Origin: Coprobacillaceae bacterium | GTDB taxonomy: Bacteria > Bacillota_I > Bacilli_A > Erysipelotrichales > Coprobacillaceae | Direction of reading: 5' to 3' | Length of the DNA: 32,000 bases | NCBI GenBank assembly: GCA_963675915.1 | Contig: OY780959.1 | Location: 30,001-62,000, forward strand | In this document: positions 8,023-15,628 of the stretch, in pieces | How the letters are laid out: every line of letters starts with the position of its first letter | How positions within the stretch are numbered: position 1 is the stretch's first letter | Notes under the pieces: generated by a model | What the model saw: only the letters and a program-made list of their open reading frames with translations | What the model was told of the DNA's origin: nothing | Databases searched by the model: none | Position numbers and translations under genes: made by a program

Positions 8023-8382
8023 ATGGCAAGAGTAAAAGGTGGATATACTGCTAGACGCAGAAGAAAAAAAGTTTTAAAGTTAGCTAAAGGATATTTCGGA
8101 GCTAAACATAAATTATATAAAACAGCGCATGAACAAGTAATGCATTCATATGCATATGCTTACCGTGATCGTCGTCAAGTAAAACGTGATATGAGAAAAT
8201 TATGGATTGCTCGTATTAACGCTGCTGCAAGAATGAATGAAATTTCTTATTCAAAATTAATGTACGGTCTTAAATTGGCTGGGGTTGAAATCAACCGTAA
8301 AATGCTTTCTGAAATCGCAATCGTTGATCCAAAAGGATTCACTGCAATTGTTGATCAAGCTAAAGCTCAATTAAATAAATAA
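8023..8382 (+). CDS. rplT: 50S ribosomal protein L20
   Basis: 119 aa starting [26 protein letters not shown]...[21 protein letters not shown], a typical L20. Confidence 0.97.
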   Translation: MARVKGGYTARRRRKKVLKLAKGYFGAKHKLYKTAHEQVMHSYAYAYRDRRQVKRDMRKLWIARINAAARMNEISYSKLMYGLKLAGVEINRKMLSEIAIVDPKGFTAIVDQAKAQLNK

Positions 8383-8384
8383 TC

Positions 8385-8409
8385 TAGCACTTTTATAGTG
8401 CTATTTTTT
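8385..8409 (+). terminator. Weak rho-independent terminator after rplT
   Basis: TAGCAC (8385-8390) pairs with GTGCTA (8398-8403), followed by TTTTTT. The stem is only 6 bp. Confidence 0.5.
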
Positions 8410-8424
8410 ATAGGAGAAAAAACC

Positions 8425-9246
8425 ATGTTAATCGAATTGTTGAAAGTAGTAGTTTTAGGAATCGTTGAGGGGATAACGGAATGGTTGCCTATAAGTTCCA
8501 CCGGACATATGATCCTGGTGGATGAATTCATAAAATTGGATGTATCCGATGATTTCATGTCGATGTTCCTGGTTGTCATTCAACTTGGAGCCATCATGGC
8601 GGTAGTGGCGCTTTATTGGAAAAGACTGCTTCCGATTGTAAAACACGAGGGTCGTTTCAAACTGGTTCCCAGCAAACTTAGATTATGGTCAAAAATCCTG
8701 ATTGCTTCGCTTCCAGCAGCAGTTATCGGGCTGGCTTTCGATGATATGATTGAAGAAAAACTTTTCAATCCTTATGTCGTTGCAGCCATGCTTATCGGAT
8801 ATGGTATTGCATTTATTGTGATCGAATATTATAATAGAAATAGCGAAGCGAGAATCACGGATTTGAAAGAATTGGATTATAAAACTGCTTTAGGTATAGG
8901 AATTTTTCAGGTTCTTGCTTTAATTCCTGGTACAAGCCGCTCAGGTGCTACCATAATAGGAGGGGTTCTTTTGGGTACATCACGCAAAATAGCTGCAGAG
9001 TTTACGTTTTACCTGGCAATTCCGGTGATGTTTGGAGCTTCATTGCTCAAAATCGCCAAATTCGGTTTTTCTTTCACTTCCGCTGAAATCGCAATGTTGA
9101 CAGTTGGGTGTCTGGTTGCTTTCGGGGTTTCAGTAGTGGCGATTAAATTTTTGATGGGATATATCAAAAATCACGATTTCAGTGTCTTTGGATACTACCG
9201 TATCCTGGTCGGGGCATTGGTGCTTGTTTATTTCCTGCTAGGTTAA
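8425..9246 (+). CDS. uppP: Undecaprenyl-diphosphate phosphatase (BacA/UppP)
   Basis: [17 protein letters not shown] and [10 protein letters not shown] motifs in a polytopic membrane protein. AGGAGA lies 7 nt before ATG 8425. The 8398 extension overlaps the rplT terminator. Confidence 0.92.
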   Translation: MLIELLKVVVLGIVEGITEWLPISSTGHMILVDEFIKLDVSDDFMSMFLVVIQLGAIMAVVALYWKRLLPIVKHEGRFKLVPSKLRLWSKILIASLPAAVIGLAFDDMIEEKLFNPYVVAAMLIGYGIAFIVIEYYNRNSEARITDLKELDYKTALGIGIFQVLALIPGTSRSGATIIGGVLLGTSRKIAAEFTFYLAIPVMFGASLLKIAKFGFSFTSAEIAMLTVGCLVAFGVSVVAIKFLMGYIKNHDFSVFGYYRILVGALVLVYFLLG

Positions 9247-9249
9247 CCA

Positions 9250-9654
9250 GTGAAACAGGTCATCAAGCAGGCAGATATTGAAAACTATAGCCCATCTGAA
9301 GTTTTTCAAGTGCTAGCTAATTTTCAAAACATCATTTCCAGCATCGTTGATGCTGAGGAAGTGGCCAAAGGCCAATTCTATCATTACTATCAGGATGGCA
9401 AGGAAATCTTCACAATCCATGTCACCGATGTAATTACTGACCAGATGGTGGTCTTCCATTTCCGGGGATTTCATCAGGAAGGTACGTTATCAATCCAGTT
9501 GGCGAATCTTAACGAAAATTCGACCCGGATTTATTTCACTTCTTTTTTCGAAGCGAGCGATTATCTTGGCAAAGCTGAGATTGCGTTCAATCGGCTGGCG
9601 ATTTATGTCGATGATATCGAAAAAAATATTCGTGAACATCTAAGGAACGGCTAA
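9250..9654 (+). CDS. Hypothetical small protein (134 aa), possibly SRPBCC/START-like
   Basis: GTG start 3 nt after the uppP stop, with a weak SD. A clean terminator has the stop codon in its loop. The fold guess is from sequence pattern only. Confidence 0.5.
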   Translation: MKQVIKQADIENYSPSEVFQVLANFQNIISSIVDAEEVAKGQFYHYYQDGKEIFTIHVTDVITDQMVVFHFRGFHQEGTLSIQLANLNENSTRIYFTSFFEASDYLGKAEIAFNRLAIYVDDIEKNIREHLRNG

Positions 9655-9667
9655 GCCGTTCTTTTTT
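9645..9667 (+). terminator. Rho-independent terminator
   Basis: GAACGGC-TAA-GCCGTTC followed by TTTTTT. Confidence 0.75.
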
Positions 9668-9709
9668 GTTTCATTTAATCGAAAAACAGGCTTCGACTTC
9701 TACCATTTA

Positions 9710-9718
9710 TGATAAAAT
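9710..9718 (+). promoter_or_regulatory. Candidate extended -10 element for nagA
   Basis: TGaTAAAAT. It overlaps the ATG at 9709, which argues against that ATG as the start. Confidence 0.3.
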
Positions 9719-9738
9719 TTAATCAGGAGGTGCGCAAA

Positions 9739-10875
9739 TTGAAGATACAAAGTAAGAGAATATATGTTTCCGGAATGTTTCTTCCGGGAATTATTGAAAT
9801 GAAAGGTGAAAAAATCGACCGGATTCTTCCGTATAATAGCGAGCCTGTCGATGTCGATTATCAGGATTCAATGATTATACCCGGGATGATCGATGTCCAT
9901 TGCCACGGGGGGATCGGAGTGGATACCAACGACGGAGATTATCAGGGAATGATTGAATGGTCGCAGGCGCTTTTAAAAGAAGGAATAACATCATTTTGCC
10001 CAACTACAGTAACAGACGGGGTCGAGTCTTTGAAGGAGGCAAGTTCGGTAGTTGCACAAATTGTCGAAGATAAGGCTTATGGAGCCCAGATGATTGGAAT
10101 CCACCTCGAAGGTCCTTATGTCAATATTGAAAAAAAGGGGGCGCAACCACCCCATCATATCCTGCAACCGTCCTTGGGATCATTCATGGAAATCAATCAA
10201 GCAGCAAAGAGGCTGATTAAAATTGTAACGCTGGCGCCGGAACTCGATCATGATTTCGAGTTGACCAGATATCTTAGTGCCAACAACATCAGAGCGGCCA
10301 TGGGACATTCAACCGCCAGTTTCGATGTGGCTCATCAGGCAATCGCCAATGGAGCGACAGGGGTAACCCATTGTTATAATGCCATGAACAGCCTGCATCA
10401 TCGAGAACCAAGTCTGGTGGGAGCTTCGATGACTTTAAAGGATATTTTTGTGGAGATAATCTGTGATGGCAATCATGTCAAATGGCCGGCCCTAAACGCC
10501 CTGGTTATGGCCCGTGATGGGGAAGGATGCATCATGGTTGATGACTCACTTTCAGCCAAGGGTAATCCTCCGGGTGTTTATCAGTTGGGAGATTATCAAG
10601 TCGAGGTCCGGGACAACGGATCGTGTTATATTGTGGGAACCGATACTTTGGCCGGGGGATCGCTCAAGTTTAATGAGGGACTGCGAAATCTGGTTGAAAA
10701 AGCGATGATTCCACTGAACTATGCCATAAATATGGTGACTTTGAATCCTGCCCGATATCTTCGGGTTGATGATGTCAAAGGCCGGATAATGGCTGGTTAT
10801 GATGGTGATCTTGTGATTCTTGATGACAATTACGGGATTATTGATGTTTACTGTCGTGGTAAAAAAGTAAAATAA
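9739..10875 (+). CDS. nagA: N-acetylglucosamine-6-phosphate deacetylase
   Basis: PGMIDVHCHGGIGVD, HLEGPY and amidohydrolase-type His/Asp motifs. AGGAGGTG (9725-9732) sits 6 nt before the in-frame TTG at 9739, which I favour over the SD-less ATG at 9709. Confidence 0.9.
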   Translation: MKIQSKRIYVSGMFLPGIIEMKGEKIDRILPYNSEPVDVDYQDSMIIPGMIDVHCHGGIGVDTNDGDYQGMIEWSQALLKEGITSFCPTTVTDGVESLKEASSVVAQIVEDKAYGAQMIGIHLEGPYVNIEKKGAQPPHHILQPSLGSFMEINQAAKRLIKIVTLAPELDHDFELTRYLSANNIRAAMGHSTASFDVAHQAIANGATGVTHCYNAMNSLHHREPSLVGASMTLKDIFVEIICDGNHVKWPALNALVMARDGEGCIMVDDSLSAKGNPPGVYQLGDYQVEVRDNGSCYIVGTDTLAGGSLKFNEGLRNLVEKAMIPLNYAINMVTLNPARYLRVDDVKGRIMAGYDGDLVILDDNYGIIDVYCRGKKVK

Positions 10876-10886
10876 TTAGATATGTC

Positions 10887-10925
10887 AAAAGCACTGCCAC
10901 ATGATTGCGACAGTGCTTTGCTTTA
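10887..10925. terminator. Shared terminator between convergent nagA and the phosphoesterase gene
   Basis: AAAGCACTG (10888-10896) pairs with CAGTGCTTT (10911-10919) across a 14-nt loop, with T-rich flanks on both strands. Confidence 0.5.
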
Positions 10926-11462
10926 TTATTTGAAAATCGATTTGATTGATTTGAAAATCCCTTCTCCATTGCCGGATCCAAACGGATCGCAGGGCTGCAG
11001 GGTTGTGACATCGTAGAAGATACAATCTTTGGTTTGGGTGTCAAAGATGCAGAATGTCGGATGGCGGTAAGCTCCCCGCGGGAAACTGAGGCTGCCGGGA
11101 TTAATCAGCAGGATCCCATCTTCCCATGCAAAATAGGCTTTGTGGGTATGGCCGAAACAGACGATATCGCTGTTGGTGCTTTTGGCTTTTTCGACCAGTA
11201 ATTCGGTCGTGAAATTGACATCGAGACGATTGCCGTGGACAATGAAGAAATTCAAACCATCGATATTGGTATGGATTTCCCGTTGGCCTTCGTGGTAATC
11301 ATTATTGCCCAAAACAATGAAAAGATTGCTGAAGGGCAAAGGTTCATAGTTCATATATATATCGCCGCAGTGGATGTAATATTCGACATCCTGGCTTCTC
11401 ATCAAATCGATAATATCATTTCTTGGCAAGAAATGTGAATCTGACATAATCATTATTTTCAT
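10926..11462 (-). CDS. YfcE/MJ0936-family metallophosphoesterase
   Basis: MSDSH, CGD, GNND and GHTH motifs appear in canonical order. GGAG lies 9 nt upstream of ATG 11462; the TTG at 11471 is less likely. Confidence 0.85.
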   Translation of the reverse strand: MKIMIMSDSHFLPRNDIIDLMRSQDVEYYIHCGDIYMNYEPLPFSNLFIVLGNNDYHEGQREIHTNIDGLNFFIVHGNRLDVNFTTELLVEKAKSTNSDIVCFGHTHKAYFAWEDGILLINPGSLSFPRGAYRHPTFCIFDTQTKDCIFYDVTTLQPCDPFGSGNGEGIFKSIKSIFK

Positions 11463-11760
11463 CCGGTTCAACTCCTATATTTTCAGTGTATCAAACATTT
11501 GTCCAAAACACAAAATAATATTGAAAAAATCCCCGTAAGGTCTAAAAAACATAAAATGAGTTGAAATTATCAAACTTTTTTGGAAATATCGAGCCCAAAT
11601 GCTTAAATTTATAGTTACACTATGAGGGTTGATGGCACTTTCATTAAATAAATATTACATATTTGCTGATGTAAACGATACCAAAACAAGCGTTGCTGGA
11701 CATATTTATTGTTTAGTCTAATAAAAAAGTCGGAATAAACGAAAAAAAGGGGGAATTAGA

Positions 11761-11789
11761 TGGATTTTGCCTGAAAAAAATAGTATAAT
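11761..11789 (+). promoter_or_regulatory. Candidate promoter of the NlpC/P60 gene
   Basis: TATAAT (11784-11789) with a weak -35 TGGATT 17 nt upstream. Confidence 0.3.
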
Positions 11790-11819
11790 TAACGCAACAG
11801 TTATTTGGAGGGGGATACT

Positions 11820-13256
11820 ATGAGAGTGAACATCAAGCAAATAGTTAGCGAATTTGCCCATGAGAAGATCATCAAAAGAAAAGCAATGTTTCTTCCTTTG
11901 GTATGTGTTTCATCATTCATGTTGGTTGGTTACGCCGCAATGGACAGAGTGGCGCCAACGATTCTGACAAACGAAATCGATCTTGCCTACCAAAACAATT
12001 TTGACCTGGGAATGGTTGCGGTTGAAGACAACCGTGATGAACCTGGTTCGATTGTTATGGAAATGGAAAAGACTAATCTTAATATAAATCAACTGGGAAC
12101 TTATACGGTAACTTTGACAGCGACAGATTCTTTCAACAATGTGGCGACCAAAGATATCAGAGTCAATGTGGTCGACCTGGTGGCTCCGGAATTTGCTCCG
12201 GCCCAGAATGTCGAAGGCTATGCAATCCCGGTTCCTGCCAGCGGAAGCAATGATATTTCTCATTACATCGTTGCCAATGACAATGTCGATGGGGATCTGA
12301 CTCCTTTCATCGAAATGTCCCAACAATTGGATACCAAACAGTTAGGAGTTCAGGCAATCGAACTTAAAGTCAGCGACAGTTCTGGTAACAGTGCGGTTAA
12401 AACGTTCGAATTCAATATCAGCGATACGCAGGCTCCGGTCATCAATCTGACCAAGGGAAGCAATGTGACGTTGGATTACAACCAAAGTTTCAATATCAAC
12501 AATTATTTTGAGGTTAAGGACAATTATGACAGCGTTGTCGATGTTAAGTTCGACAAGTCGGTGAGTGTCACTAAATATCAAGAAGCTCAGACAGTTGAGA
12601 TTGTTGCCACTGACAGCTCGCAAAACCAGACCAAAGCAACCATCACTTTTACGGTTGAGGACAAAACTGCTCCAAAAATCTATTTGAGCAAAAGCAGTAT
12701 TTCGGTGCAGACCGGAACATCAGTAAATCCCAAATCATATCTTTCAAGCGCTCATGACAACCGCGACGGAGTGATTACGGGCGATGTTTCATACAGCAGC
12801 ATTTCCACGTCATCAGCGGGGACCAGATATGTCACATACAAGGTTACCGATGAAGCTGGAAATACCGGAACGGCCCGACTGAAAGTCTATGTCTTTGCAC
12901 CGGTTACCTATTCCAGTGCGACCGGTAACAGTATTGTCAACACGGCTTATACCAAAATCGGGGCTCCTTATGTTTACGGAGCGACCGGTCCTTATAGCTT
13001 CGACTGTTCCGGATTCACCCAATGGGTGTACCGTCAAAACGGAATTTCCATTCCGCGAACGTCGACTGATCAAAGATACGGAAACTGTCAGGTTCTGTCG
13101 ATTTCTAATGCGAGGGCAGGAGATATTCTGTGGCGTTACGGTCATGTCGCAATCTACGTAGGTGGAAATTCGTATATCCATGCGCCTCATACCGGAGCAT
13201 ATGTAAGAGTGGATACGGGAATCTATTCATTCACTTACGCATTGCGATACGGATAA
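11820..13256 (+). CDS. Membrane-anchored cell-wall hydrolase: four Ig-like (DUF5011/HYR-type) repeats plus a C-terminal NlpC/P60 (C40) peptidase domain
   Basis: GGAGGGGG lies before ATG 11820. There is an N-terminal hydrophobic anchor (FLPLVCVSSFMLVGYAAM). Four repeats of about 80 aa each begin AP.. and end in a V/T-rich strand. The C-terminus carries FDCSGFTQWVY...GHVAIYVG...IHAP, a Cys-His NlpC/P60 signature. Confidence 0.88.
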   Translation: MRVNIKQIVSEFAHEKIIKRKAMFLPLVCVSSFMLVGYAAMDRVAPTILTNEIDLAYQNNFDLGMVAVEDNRDEPGSIVMEMEKTNLNINQLGTYTVTLTATDSFNNVATKDIRVNVVDLVAPEFAPAQNVEGYAIPVPASGSNDISHYIVANDNVDGDLTPFIEMSQQLDTKQLGVQAIELKVSDSSGNSAVKTFEFNISDTQAPVINLTKGSNVTLDYNQSFNINNYFEVKDNYDSVVDVKFDKSVSVTKYQEAQTVEIVATDSSQNQTKATITFTVEDKTAPKIYLSKSSISVQTGTSVNPKSYLSSAHDNRDGVITGDVSYSSISTSSAGTRYVTYKVTDEAGNTGTARLKVYVFAPVTYSSATGNSIVNTAYTKIGAPYVYGATGPYSFDCSGFTQWVYRQNGISIPRTSTDQRYGNCQVLSISNARAGDILWRYGHVAIYVGGNSYIHAPHTGAYVRVDTGIYSFTYALRYG

Positions 13257-13309
13257 AATAAGTATTTCGGTACTCTAAAATAACTTGAGGTAGCACTTGT
13301 TATAAGCAA

Positions 13310-13317
13310 TAGAATTA
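13310..13317. repeat. Candidate target-site duplication, left copy (TAGAATTA)
   Basis: An identical 8-mer recurs at 15440-15447, and ISL3 elements make 8-bp duplications. An AT-rich 8-mer could match by chance. Confidence 0.3.
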
Positions 13318-13361
13318 TTTGATGTGCTTACTACCTCATGAATGATTATAGCCACAATAGG

Positions 13362-13396
13362 GTGACTGGAAATCGTATGATTTCCAGTCACTTTTT
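13362..13396 (+). terminator. Perfect 13-bp hairpin plus T-run abutting the transposase stop codon
   Basis: GTGACTGGAAATC-GTAT-GATTTCCAGTCAC followed by TTTTT. It is oriented to stop plus-strand read-through from the NlpC/P60 gene into the IS. Confidence 0.55.
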
Positions 13397-14814
13397 CATT
13401 TTGTCGAGGGGTAGATATAGTAATTCACATCATCGTTCAAGACATATAGCACCCTGCTTCGGAATCTTTCCCAGTTATTATAGCCATTGGCGTTTCGTTT
13501 GATGCTTTTTATGGTTTTGTTTCTGTTTTCGATTATTCCATTATTGATTTTATGACCTTTGGTTATTTCGATGAACGAATTGATTATTTCGTTCTTCCAC
13601 CTAACCATCGTATTAGCGAAATCGTTCATTCCTTTTACATTGCTTTTTCTAAATTCGTCAATTATTTCCTCAAGGTTCCGTTTCGCTGTTTTATAATTGC
13701 TCTTTTTAAAGAATCTTATTACTTCATCTTTTAAATCTACAGCTTCTTCGAGTTGTGGGTCGATTTTCATTATGTAGTCAAGAAGATCATAGGGATTGTA
13801 ATAACCTTCAAGCACTCTATTGTATTTCTTTTTGACGTTCGGATCGAATATCTTTGGATCATTCTTGTAAAGAAGCCAATTGAATTTTTTGAGCACATAA
13901 TATTGCTTCTTACGTTCTTTGATTTCTACAATCTCTTTTGGGGTGAGATTCTCCTTAATTAGATTTGGTGGGACTTTGACCTTGTTCATAACATCGATTC
14001 TAACTCTGTCAACCTTCTTGGTAAGCTCCTGGATTACATGAAACTTGTCACAGGCCACAACGGCATTTGGGAATACACGCTTGCTTACGATTCGATAAGT
14101 TTCCCACATATCAGTTGATACGACTTTAACTATTTCCCGTTCTTTCCTGGGAATCAGGGTGAAGTAGTTAAGCAAACTGTATTTTTTTCGTTCTGGCAAC
14201 AGATCAATTATTTTCTGGTTTTGATAATCAAGCAGCACGCAAACATAGTTGCTTCTTTTCGATTTGAAGGCATAAACTTCATCAATGCAGATATACTCCG
14301 GCAGCGTTCTTCTTGATACTCTTACATGCTTGTCAAATATCGAAGCAACTGTGGTGGGCGATATGTTGTGACGATAAGCAACGCTCTTGAATGTTTCATT
14401 AAACGATTTCAAATCCTTCAGGACATTATATACGGTCGCCAAAGAGATTTTCATACCTTTGAGGGTGAACGGATTGTGTTCATAGAATGTTTTGTTGCAG
14501 GCGGGGCATTTGTGCCTGCGGGCATGGTAGTTGATATAGCAAGGAATACCATTTAGGATAGAGTGGGTTATTTTCTTGTTAACGTAGTTATTGACGATGG
14601 TGGTCTCGGTTCCGCAGACCGGGCATATGTGGGGGACACATTCAAGTTCAACATACACATGAACACCATCAAACTGATGATTGACATGGATTTTCTTAAT
14701 CCGTTTGTCTTCAAGATTGAATAGTTTTCTAATATAAATGTCATCAATAGACGCACCCGTGTTAGGATTCGTCGCCAAACACGTAGAAAGATTAGACTTA
14801 TTATTCGATTCCAT
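13396..14814 (-). CDS. ISL3-family DDE transposase
   Basis: 472 aa with an N-terminal zinc-finger pair (CPVCG...HKCPACN), an HTH region, a DDE core (ICIDEV..., STDMWETY..., DKFHV) and the C-terminal ENRNKTIKSIKRNANGY motif typical of ISL3. AGGAGGA sits 7 nt upstream of the ATG. Confidence 0.93.
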   Translation of the reverse strand: MESNNKSNLSTCLATNPNTGASIDDIYIRKLFNLEDKRIKKIHVNHQFDGVHVYVELECVPHICPVCGTETTIVNNYVNKKITHSILNGIPCYINYHARRHKCPACNKTFYEHNPFTLKGMKISLATVYNVLKDLKSFNETFKSVAYRHNISPTTVASIFDKHVRVSRRTLPEYICIDEVYAFKSKRSNYVCVLLDYQNQKIIDLLPERKKYSLLNYFTLIPRKEREIVKVVSTDMWETYRIVSKRVFPNAVVACDKFHVIQELTKKVDRVRIDVMNKVKVPPNLIKENLTPKEIVEIKERKKQYYVLKKFNWLLYKNDPKIFDPNVKKKYNRVLEGYYNPYDLLDYIMKIDPQLEEAVDLKDEVIRFFKKSNYKTAKRNLEEIIDEFRKSNVKGMNDFANTMVRWKNEIINSFIEITKGHKINNGIIENRNKTIKSIKRNANGYNNWERFRSRVLYVLNDDVNYYIYPSTK

Positions 14815-14882
14815 ACGTTTTCCTCCTAAAATTCATTTTACAAGTAGATTGTACAAATAAACCCGGTTTAATCGTATGAAAG

Positions 14883-15296
14883 TTATGTGGTAATGAAGAT
14901 ACAGTCAAATTTTCTTGATTTTAGAATACAAAAATCTTCATAGCTTAGATTGATGTCGAAAGACTGCCGCAGATAACTGAGATACGAAGGATCGTAATGG
15001 TTGTTGTTTACAATGATAGAAACTATGTCATCTTTTGACAAAATTGAGAATGGAACCATTGATTCAATCAGGATGGCATGAGTTCTACCGCAGTCCCCGC
15101 AAATGAGCCTCATGATCCTAATTTTGAATTTGAGACCTAAAAACGACACATTTCTAACGTAGTAGGAATGTGTCTTGAAAGAGTTTGTCGCACCACAAGA
15201 GCAGCTCATTTGTGAAAAATTGATTGAATTAACTGTGTTGGAGTAGGATTTTTGGTTGATATACTTGATTTTTGTTTCATTTTTTATTATTATCAT
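14883..15296 (-). CDS. Cys-rich zinc-ribbon-like accessory protein of the IS (DUF6431-like pattern)
   Basis: 137 aa with the pattern CSCG...(H.YY.R)...R.ICGDCGRTHAIL. It lies 68 nt upstream of the transposase on the same strand. No SD is visible. The family name is recalled from memory, not verified. Confidence 0.5.
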   Translation of the reverse strand: MIIIKNETKIKYINQKSYSNTVNSINFSQMSCSCGATNSFKTHSYYVRNVSFLGLKFKIRIMRLICGDCGRTHAILIESMVPFSILSKDDIVSIIVNNNHYDPSYLSYLRQSFDINLSYEDFCILKSRKFDCIFITT

Positions 15297-15311
15297 ATTG
15301 TTCTTATGAGC

Positions 15312-15354
15312 AGATAGAAATCAAACTTGGTAGGGGAGATTTCTATCTTTTTTC
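15312..15354 (+). terminator. 11-bp hairpin plus T-run at the other inner end of the IS
   Basis: AGATAGAAATC-(15 nt)-GATTTCTATCT followed by TTTTTT. It shares the GAAATC/GATTTC core with the 13362 hairpin. Confidence 0.4.
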
Positions 15355-15439
15355 CTTTCTAAAAGATGTTTATATACTAATATGATACCAAAAAAACAGG
15401 CAAAGCACCAAAATGAATCATGGAGCTAAGCCTGTTTTT

Positions 15440-15447
15440 TAGAATTA
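15440..15447. repeat. Candidate target-site duplication, right copy (TAGAATTA)
   Basis: Identical to 13310-13317. Both copies lie 7 nt outside the best inverted-repeat alignment. Confidence 0.3.
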
Positions 15448-15551
15448 CACCTCAACAATCGTTGTAGCTAATAAATGGTCCTACAAAAGTAAACCATCAC
15501 TCATATTGTTCGGAGCGGCAATATTAAACTATCTTAGATACTCAGTATTTC

Positions 15552-15579
15552 AAAAGGTTCGGTTTTCGAACCTTTTTTT
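15552..15579. terminator. Strong bidirectional terminator with no adjacent gene end (orphaned by the IS?)
   Basis: AAAAGGTTCG-GTTTT-CGAACCTTTT followed by TTT. It lies inside the spurious N-terminal extension of the nnr ORF. Confidence 0.65.
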
Positions 15580-15628
15580 ATTTTTATGGCTGCACTGTTA
15601 TGATACAATTAAAGATGAGGTGATAATA

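Larger units (their letters stand above)
13318..15439 (-). mobile_element. ISL3-family insertion sequence with two ORFs (Cys-rich accessory ORF plus DDE transposase); ends approximate
   Basis: It holds an intact ISL3-type transposase and is visibly more AT-rich than its flanks. It sits in the 3' intergenic region between the NlpC/P60 gene and nnr. Imperfect inverted repeats run from about 13324-13347 (GTGCTTACTACCTCATGAATGATT) against the reverse complement of about 15412-15432 (GGCTTAGCTCCATGATTCATT), with about 15 of 22 aligned positions matching. Identity as an IS is solid; the boundaries are low confidence. Confidence 0.6.

Noticed and set aside
11472-11819. Possible c-di-AMP (ydaO) riboswitch or structured sRNA upstream of the NlpC/P60 gene
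   Set aside because: None of the G-rich conserved cores I recall (GGGGACCC, GGGGUGAAUC, CCGAAUCC) are present. The region is AT-rich with no extended helices. Only a 4-codon mini-ORF (11761-11775) was seen, and I consider it noise.
15390-15440. A-run / imperfect long hairpin / T-run at the right IS boundary as an independent bidirectional terminator
   Set aside because: The stem is interrupted and the loop is large. The same sequence gives the best inverted-repeat match to the left IS end, so I treat it as IS terminus. It remains a reason for low boundary confidence.
13310-15447. Treating the TAGAATTA pair as a proven target-site duplication
   Set aside because: An AT-rich 8-mer recurring within two search windows of about 150 nt is not improbable by chance. 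The 7 terminal nucleotides inside each copy are not inverted repeats. It is kept only as a low-confidence candidate.
15506-15628. N-terminal extension of nnr
   Set aside because: It contains the strong terminator hairpin at 15552-15579. The conserved YjeF-N sequence starts at ATG 15629, which has GAGGTGA upstream.
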